Source: an uncultured Solirubrobacteraceae bacterium
GTDB lineage: Bacteria; Actinomycetota; Thermoleophilia; Solirubrobacterales; Solirubrobacteraceae
Length of the DNA: 64,000 bases
NCBI GenBank assembly: GCA_964588985.1
Contig: CAZPQW010000018.1
Location: forward strand, 8,442-72,441
Direction of reading: 5' to 3'
The notes beneath the pieces are model-generated. The model was not told the origin of the DNA and did not search any database. It was given only the letters and a program-made list of their open reading frames with translations. Position numbers and translations under genes: made by a program. This document shows, piece by piece, positions 57,874 through 64,000 of this stretch (its first letter is position 1; each line of letters begins with the position of its first letter).

Positions 57874-58212
57874 ATGGATGCAGATCGCGCACGCCAACTG
57901 CTCGCCCAAGAGCGAGAGCGGATCGAGCGGGCGATCGCCGGGCTCGAGACCGCGGAGAGCGAAGCGGCCGCCGAGCAGAGCGAACCGGGCGAAGGCGGCT
58001 CGGAGGACCTCTACCAGAAGGAGCTCGACACCGGCCTGGGCGAGGATCTCGCCGACCAACTCGCCGCCGTCGATCGCGCCGAGGCGCGACTCGAGGCCGG
58101 CACGTATGGCCTGTCGGTCGAGAGCGGCGAGCCGATCCCGGACGCGCGACTCGAGGCTCTACCTACGGCCGAGCGCACCGTCGAGGAGCAGGCGGCGCTC
58201 GGTCAGGCCTGA
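57874..58212 (+). CDS. TraR/DksA-family protein lacking Zn-finger cysteines
   Basis: RAEARLEAGTYGLSVESGEPIPDARLEALPTAERTVEEQ. Confidence 0.8.
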   Translation: MDADRARQLLAQERERIERAIAGLETAESEAAAEQSEPGEGGSEDLYQKELDTGLGEDLADQLAAVDRAEARLEAGTYGLSVESGEPIPDARLEALPTAERTVEEQAALGQA

Positions 58213-58327
58213 CTCGGCTTCGTAGCGCCCCGAAGTGACCCGAAGCTTGGTTCCGTAGTCATCCCCGACCAAGCTGCGGAGGCTCACCGATGGCGGTCTG
58301 ACACCGGCCGCGTACGCTGCGCCCACG

Positions 58328-58522
58328 ATGCTTTTGATCGCTGTCCCTCTGATCTGGCTGGCCGTCACCGCGCTTGTGGTGGCGGCGTGTCGGATGTCTG
58401 CCCGCGCCGACGAGGGACGCACTTCAAAGGCGGATTCATCTCCCGCCGCTCAGTGCGGTTACGTAGTTCACATCAACCGTCCGCGGCAGATCCACAATGT
58501 CAGCGGCGCGGGTTTGAGTTAA
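58328..58522 (+). CDS. small membrane protein
   Basis: Single TM followed by ACRMSARAD. Confidence 0.45.
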   Translation: MLLIAVPLIWLAVTALVVAACRMSARADEGRTSKADSSPAAQCGYVVHINRPRQIHNVSGAGLS

Positions 58523-58739
58523 TTTCGCCAGGACGTTCACATTCGCCGGCGCAGGTTTCTGCCTCCGCGCTCGGCGCTCATAGAAGTGCCCCCTCCCCAT
58601 GATCGCGGCTCCCCGTTCTCACGTGCTTTGCTTGCTCTCGCGCGTGGAGCGGGGAGCGGGTCATCCTCGAACGCAAGGCAGAGAATCTCGGCTCAGGCTC
58701 GGCAACGCGCTAGCCTGAACGTATGCTCCTCACCAAAGC

Positions 58740-59063
58740 GTGGAACAAGTGACGAGCTTCTTCGTCGGTGGCGTCGACTCAAAGGGAGCCAAGGCCGAGG
58801 CGGCCTACAGCAAGCTCCTCGAGCGCTCGCTCATCGCCACCGGCTGTCCCGCGCGCTCGCGTCGCATCTTCAAGCTGAGCTGTCGCTTCGACGGTCAGGA
58901 CAGGGAGATCGAGGTCGGAAAGCCTCTGCCCAACGGCGACGTCGTCGCCGCGATTCTCGACCACGGGCGCTTCGAGTCGTTCTGCGTGCTCACCGACAAG
59001 GCGGGCGATCGCGCTTCGGCGCGCGTCAGCCACCCCGTCTACTCGGTGACCGAGTTCTCCTGA
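58740..59063 (+). CDS. hypothetical protein
   Basis: GC-biased codons; RRIFKLSCRFDG..EVG..AILDHG. Confidence 0.6.
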   Translation: MEQVTSFFVGGVDSKGAKAEAAYSKLLERSLIATGCPARSRRIFKLSCRFDGQDREIEVGKPLPNGDVVAAILDHGRFESFCVLTDKAGDRASARVSHPVYSVTEFS

Positions 59064-59072
59064 GCTACCCGC

Positions 59073-59558
59073 TCAGGCGGTCCCGCGCAGCCCGTTCGTG
59101 ACGTCGTTGCAGCGCTCGCACACGGACTCGGGGATCACGCCGACGCGCATCAGCAGCGCGAACGCCCTGCAGCCGAGGCAGAGGCCGAACACCGACTCGA
59201 GCGTCGCGGCCACGATCAGCATGCCGAGCAGCACGTAGGCGGGAACGCGCAGGTCGAATCCCAGCGCGAGCACCGCGGCGGAGACCGAGAAGGCGGCGCC
59301 CATGCCCTGCGCGAAGCGCTTCGGCGGCCCTGGAACCAGACGCGGGGCGACGTGGAGCTTGGGGACGATCACGCGGGTCACGAGCTGCCCGAGTGGGCTC
59401 AGCGTCGGACCGCTCAGCACACGCGCGAGGAAGCCGTAGGCGATCGCCGCCGTGAGCCACGGCGCGTCCAACGCGATCGTGAGCGCGCTCAGCAGCACCA
59501 CGCCGCCTGCGACGAGACGCGCCGATACCTCGTTGACCGGGTCCGGGAAGGAGAACAT
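59073..59558 (-). CDS. DUF4395 membrane protein
   Basis: MFSFPDPVNE, GPTLSPL, PKRFAQ, LESVFGLCLGC. Confidence 0.85.
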   Translation of the reverse strand: MFSFPDPVNEVSARLVAGGVVLLSALTIALDAPWLTAAIAYGFLARVLSGPTLSPLGQLVTRVIVPKLHVAPRLVPGPPKRFAQGMGAAFSVSAAVLALGFDLRVPAYVLLGMLIVAATLESVFGLCLGCRAFALLMRVGVIPESVCERCNDVTNGLRGTA

Positions 59559-59642
59559 TCCGCACTGATCATATCGACAACTGAAGGTTCGACGTCCATA
59601 CCACCGCACTCTCGACGCGCGATCTGCAGTACCGTGCCGCCC

Positions 59643-60971
59643 GTGACCCTCGATGAGCTGAAGGACGCGGTCGCCCAGGGGACGGTCGACACCGTGGTGC
59701 TGGCGATGACCGACATGCAGGGGCGCCTGCAGGGTAAGCGCCTGACCGCGACGCACTTCCTCGCGGAGGTCGCCCACCACGGTGCTGAGGGCTGCAACTA
59801 CCTGCTTGCGGTCGACGTGGACATGCGCACGGTCGACGGCTACGAGATGTCCTCGTGGGAGCGCGGCTACAGCGACATGGTGCTCAAGCCCGACCTCGAC
59901 ACGCTGCGTCCCGTGCCGTGGCAGGAGGGAACGGTCGTGTGTCTGACCGACGTCGCGTGGCCGGACGGCTCGGACGTGCTCGCCTCCCCGCGCCAGATCC
60001 TGCGTCGTCAGCTCGCGCGCCTCGCCGAGCGCGGCTGGAGCGCCAACGCGGGCACCGAGCTCGAGTTCATCGTGTTCCTCGACACCTACGAGGAGGCGTG
60101 GCACAAGGGCTACCGCGACCTGCGCCCGGCGAACCTCTACAACGTCGACTACTCGCTGCTCGGCACCGCGCGCGTGGAGCCGCTGATCCGCCTGATCCGC
60201 AACAGCATGGCGGGCGCCGGGATGGTCGTGGAGGACTCCAAGGGCGAGTGCAACTACGGCCAGCACGAGATCAACTTCCACTACGCCGACGCACTGCGCA
60301 CCGCGGACGAGCACTCGATCTACAAGAACGGCGCGAAGGAGATCGCCGCCGAGCAGGGCATGGCGATCACGTTCATGGCCAAGCTCGACGAGCGCGAGGG
60401 CAACTCGTGCCACATCCACTTCTCCCTCGCCGACGAGCACGGCCCTCTGTTCGCGCGCGACGAGGCCGTGTTCAACTCGTTCCTCGCCGGACAGCTCGCG
60501 TGCCTGCGCGAGATGACGCTGCTGCTCGCGCCGCACGTGAACTCCTACAAGCGCTTCGCCGCCGGCAGCTTCGCCCCGACGACCGTCGCGTGGGGCCACG
60601 ACAACCGCACGTGCTCGCTGCGAGTGGTCGGCCACGGCGCGGGCAAGCGCTTCGAGAACCGCGTCGGCGGCGCCGATCTCAACCCGTATCTCGCGCTCAG
60701 CGCGATCATCGCCTCGGGCCTGCACGGCATCGACGCGGGCCTCGAGCTGGAGCCGGCGCTGGAGGGCAACGCTTACGCCGCGAGCGAGCGTCCGCGCCTG
60801 CCGGAGACTTTGCGCGACGCGCGCGAGCTGTTCGCCGCGAGCGAGATCGCGCGGGAGGCGTTCGGGCAGGAGGTCGTGGCGCACTACCTCAACGCGGCCG
60901 ACGTGGAGCTTGCCGCGTTCCAGGCGGCGGTCACCGACTGGGAGCGCGTGCGCGGGTTCGAGCGCCTGTGA
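59643..60971 (+). CDS. glutamine synthetase-like gamma-glutamyl-amine ligase
   Basis: DMQGRLQGKR, TELEF, GQHEIN, GNSCHIH, NSYKR, DNRT, ENR. Start GTG 59634 or 59643. Confidence 0.9.
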   Translation: MTLDELKDAVAQGTVDTVVLAMTDMQGRLQGKRLTATHFLAEVAHHGAEGCNYLLAVDVDMRTVDGYEMSSWERGYSDMVLKPDLDTLRPVPWQEGTVVCLTDVAWPDGSDVLASPRQILRRQLARLAERGWSANAGTELEFIVFLDTYEEAWHKGYRDLRPANLYNVDYSLLGTARVEPLIRLIRNSMAGAGMVVEDSKGECNYGQHEINFHYADALRTADEHSIYKNGAKEIAAEQGMAITFMAKLDEREGNSCHIHFSLADEHGPLFARDEAVFNSFLAGQLACLREMTLLLAPHVNSYKRFAAGSFAPTTVAWGHDNRTCSLRVVGHGAGKRFENRVGGADLNPYLALSAIIASGLHGIDAGLELEPALEGNAYAASERPRLPETLRDARELFAASEIAREAFGQEVVAHYLNAADVELAAFQAAVTDWERVRGFERL

Positions 60972-60992
60972 GGACGTCTAGGATCTAGAGCT

Positions 60993-61742
60993 GTGGCGGG
61001 CAGTCGCGAGAACCGGATCGCCGCCGCCGGCACGCTCACGGCTCCGGAGGCGGTGTTCGCGCCCGTGCGCTCCTACACCGCGTTCGAGGAGACCGTCGAC
61101 CGGCTGGGCAACGCGATCAAACTCGGCCTGCTCGCACCCGGCTCGCGTCTGCCCGCGGAGCGCGAGCTGTGCACGCGCCTGGGTATCGCGCGCTCGACGT
61201 TGCGCCAGGCGCTCACCGCGCTTACGCAGAGCGGGCACGTGTTCGCCACGCGCGGGCGCGGCGGCGGCACGTTCGTCTCCGATCCGCAGCCGCCCGCCGA
61301 GGAGCCCTCACCGGAGATGCTCGCGCAGTGGCACGAGACCTGCGACCGGCGCCTCGCCGTCGAGCTGGGCGTGGCGGTGCTCGCGGCCGAACGGGCGCAG
61401 ACGGAGGACCTCGACGCGCTCGACGAGATCGCGCGGACCCTGGAGGGGTCGCTCGAGGACTTCGCCGCCTACCGCCAAGCGGACGTGCGCCTGCACGTTG
61501 GGCTCGCCGAAGCGGCGCGCTCGCAGAGCCTCGTGCAGGCGATGACCGAAGTGCAGGGAGCGATGACCGACCTGATCTCCCACATCGCGCACCCACCGCA
61601 GGTGCTCGCGTCCTCCAACGCCCAGCACCGCAGGCTGCTCGCGGCGGTCAGGGAGCGTGATGCGATGCGCGCCGCGCGCGCCATCACCGAGCACCTGCAG
61701 GGCACCGAGCACATCCTCGCGGGCCTGCTCCCGGGCGGCTGA
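60993..61742 (+). CDS. GntR/FadR family regulator
   Basis: RLPAEREL..RSTLRQAL..RGRGGGTFV; FCD domain. Confidence 0.92.
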   Translation: MAGSRENRIAAAGTLTAPEAVFAPVRSYTAFEETVDRLGNAIKLGLLAPGSRLPAERELCTRLGIARSTLRQALTALTQSGHVFATRGRGGGTFVSDPQPPAEEPSPEMLAQWHETCDRRLAVELGVAVLAAERAQTEDLDALDEIARTLEGSLEDFAAYRQADVRLHVGLAEAARSQSLVQAMTEVQGAMTDLISHIAHPPQVLASSNAQHRRLLAAVRERDAMRAARAITEHLQGTEHILAGLLPGG

Positions 61743-61819
61743 AAGCCGGCCGCCCGGCGCGCCGAAACGGCGTTGGCCACGTGTCCGAGCGCTGATAGCA
61801 CAGGTTTGGGCGAATGGGC

Positions 61820-61849
61820 TTGACTTCTGTCCGTGATCGCGCGTATTGT
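61820..61849 (+). promoter_or_regulatory. sigma-A promoter TTGACT-N18-TATTGT
   Basis: Upstream of the permease SD ggggag. Confidence 0.6.
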
Positions 61850-61898
61850 CACGATCGAAGGACGGAAGATCAAACCTTTTCTCTTAGGGGGAGCGTAG

Positions 61899-63503
61899 AT
61901 GAGCACAGCTCAGGGCACGATGGGCACCGACGAGCAGCGCCTCGCCGAGCTCGGCTACAAGCAGGAGCTCAAGCGCGGTTGGAGCGGCTTCTCCAACTTC
62001 GCGATCTCGTTCTCGATCATCTCCGTCCTGGCGGGATGCTTCACGACCTACGGCCAGGCGCTGAAGAACGGCGGACCGGTCGCGATCTCGATCGCATGGC
62101 CGCTGATCAGCGTGATGGTCCTGATGGTCGCCTTCTCGATGGCCGAGCTCGCCTCCTCGATGCCCACCGCGGGCGGCATCTACTACTGGGCCTCCAAGCT
62201 CGGCGGCGCCGGCTGGGGCTGGTTCACGGGCTGGTTCAACCTGATCGGCCTGGTCGCCGTGGTCGCCTCGGTCGACTACGTCTGCGCGAGCTTCCTGATG
62301 AACCTGCTGGGCCTCTACAACGTCCACTTCATCTTCAACTTCACCAAGGCGGCGGCGTTCACGGACGTGCACTACAGCGCCCATGTGAACTTCGCGCTGT
62401 TCGCGTTCCTGCTGGCGCTGCACGGGATGATCAACGTCTTCTCCAGCCACCTCGTCTCGATCTTCAACGGCATCTCGGTGTGGTGGCACGTGATCGGTGT
62501 CGCGGTGATCGTCGTGCTGCTGATCGCCGTGCCGAGCCACCACGCCTCGCTGTCCTACGTGTTCGGCCACCACGCCAACCTGTCGGGCTTCGGCGGGCAC
62601 ATGTACTGGTTCTATGTGCTGCCACTCGGGTTCCTGCTGACGATGTACACGATCACCGGCTACGACGCCTCGGCTCACGTCTCCGAGGAGACGCACGGGG
62701 CCGAACACTCGGCGCCCAAAGGCATCTGGCGCTCGGTCTTCTACTCCGCCGTGATCGGCTGGATCGTGCTGCTGGCGATCACGTTCGCGATCCCATCCGG
62801 AAAGCCCGGCACGGAAGCGTATGAAGCCGGCCTCCCGGCGCTCGCGATCATCGAGTCGGCGCTCAGCTCAAGCGCGGCCAAGGCGGTGATCCTGATCTCC
62901 ACGATCGGGCAGATCTTCTGTGGCATGGCCTGCGTCACGAGCGCCTCACGGATGACGTTCGCCTTCTCGCGCGACGGTGCTGTACCGGGCCACAACCTGT
63001 GGCGGCGCCTGGGCCCGAACAAGACCCCCACCTGGGCGGTGCTGTTCGTGATCATGTTCGCCCTGATCATCACGATCCCGGCGTACTTCCCGAACCACCT
63101 CGGCACGCCGGTCGCGTTCCTCGCGGTCACCTCGATCTCGGTGATCGGACTGTACATCGCGTACACGATCCCGGTGTTCCTGCGCTGGCGGATGAAGAGC
63201 GAGTTCAAAGCCGGCTCGTGGACGCTCGGGGACAAATACAAATGGATGAACCCGGCGGCGTTCCTCTGGGTCGGCCTGTGCGTGATCATCTTCTGCCTGC
63301 CGTTCGCGCCAGCCGGCGTGTTCTTCAAGAGCGGGTTCGAATGGTCAGCGGTCAACTACGCGCCGCTGGTCACGATCGGCGTGATGGCAGCCGTGACGAT
63401 CTGGTACGCCGTCTCGGCGAAAAAGACGTTCAAGGGCCCGATTCGCACGATTGACGAGCTCGACGCCGAAGTGTCGCTGCCGCCGATCGCCGAGGCTCCG
63501 TAG
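61899..63503 (+). CDS. APC amino acid/amine permease
   Basis: LGYKQEL, NFAISFSIIS, MPTAGG, GYDASAH..EET, FSRDG. Confidence 0.92.
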   Translation: MSTAQGTMGTDEQRLAELGYKQELKRGWSGFSNFAISFSIISVLAGCFTTYGQALKNGGPVAISIAWPLISVMVLMVAFSMAELASSMPTAGGIYYWASKLGGAGWGWFTGWFNLIGLVAVVASVDYVCASFLMNLLGLYNVHFIFNFTKAAAFTDVHYSAHVNFALFAFLLALHGMINVFSSHLVSIFNGISVWWHVIGVAVIVVLLIAVPSHHASLSYVFGHHANLSGFGGHMYWFYVLPLGFLLTMYTITGYDASAHVSEETHGAEHSAPKGIWRSVFYSAVIGWIVLLAITFAIPSGKPGTEAYEAGLPALAIIESALSSSAAKAVILISTIGQIFCGMACVTSASRMTFAFSRDGAVPGHNLWRRLGPNKTPTWAVLFVIMFALIITIPAYFPNHLGTPVAFLAVTSISVIGLYIAYTIPVFLRWRMKSEFKAGSWTLGDKYKWMNPAAFLWVGLCVIIFCLPFAPAGVFFKSGFEWSAVNYAPLVTIGVMAAVTIWYAVSAKKTFKGPIRTIDELDAEVSLPPIAEAP

Positions 63504-63516
63504 GGCGGGCGGAGCG

Positions 63517-64000
63517 CTGAGCGAACACCTGGCAGTCCTCGAGCCCGCCACCGAGGAGGTCCTCGCAGAGGTCCGCCGGTCGGGCGTCGAGGAGGTAGAC
63601 GCGGCGGTTCGCGCGGCGCGGGCCGCGTTGCCGGCGTGGCGCGCGCTCGCACCCGGTGAGCGCGCGCGACTGCTGCGCGCGCTAGCGGACGAGCTGGAGT
63701 CGCACCTGGAGGAGCTAGCGGTGCTGGAGGCGCGCAACGCGGGCAAGGCGATCTCCGACGCGCGCGGGGAGATGGGCATGGTGGTGGACACGTTCCGCTA
63801 CTACGCCGGCGCACCCGAGCGGCTGCTCGGCGACACGATCCCCGTGGCCGGCGGGCAGGCGTTCACGGTGCGCGAGCCGGTCGGCGTGGTGGGGTTGATC
63901 ACGCCGTGGAACTTCCCGCTTACGATCGCCTCATGGAAGCTCGCTCCGGCGCTCGCCGCGGGCAACACGGTGGTGCTGAAGCCCGCCGAGCTGACGCCGC
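63517..64000 (+). CDS. aldehyde dehydrogenase (3'-truncated by window edge)
   Basis: [52 protein letters not shown]. Start uncertain (CTG 63517). Confidence 0.9.
   Translation, partial: MSEHLAVLEPATEEVLAEVRRSGVEEVDAAVRAARAALPAWRALAPGERARLLRALADELESHLEELAVLEARNAGKAISDARGEMGMVVDTFRYYAGAPERLLGDTIPVAGGQAFTVREPVGVVGLITPWNFPLTIASWKLAPALAAGNTVVLKPAELTP

Noticed and set aside
58240-58280. Hairpin AGCTTGGT..ACCAAGCT after the DksA-like gene
   Set aside because: Likely an ordinary terminator or operator; no known RNA motif recognised.

Overview
High-GC actinobacterial DNA, most likely Thermoleophilia/Solirubrobacterales (inferred from gene content and protein style, not from a marker search). In order, the window holds: (1) a zinc-ribbon membrane-protein cluster and a cytochrome c-cupredoxin fusion; (2) a minus-strand housekeeping run guaB3-guaA-rplM-rpsI-glmM-glmS-nnr-alr-tRNA nucleotidyltransferase-HIT; (3) a divergent operon encoding a heavily remodelled LeuRS paralog, a threonine-synthase-like PLP enzyme and an MFS transporter, followed by a YbaK-family deacylase; (4) a 1.5-kb integrase-less islet flanked by 53-bp direct repeats made from the 3' end of the RNase P RNA gene; (5) rnpB, lexA with an SOS box, tRNA-Leu(GAG) and a toxin-antitoxin-rich patch; (6) a LacI-controlled iol operon with a PotABCD-type transporter; (7) a lactonase/AraC pair, an amidase and an FMN glutamate-synthase-family gene; (8) an MMPL/acyl-CoA ligase/WS-DGAT lipid cluster; (9) a gamma-glutamylation amine-catabolism cluster running off the right edge. 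The best candidates for new biology are the LeuRS-paralog operon, the rnpB-targeted islet and a riboswitch-like leader ahead of guaB3. All calls come from manual motif reading; no database searches were run.
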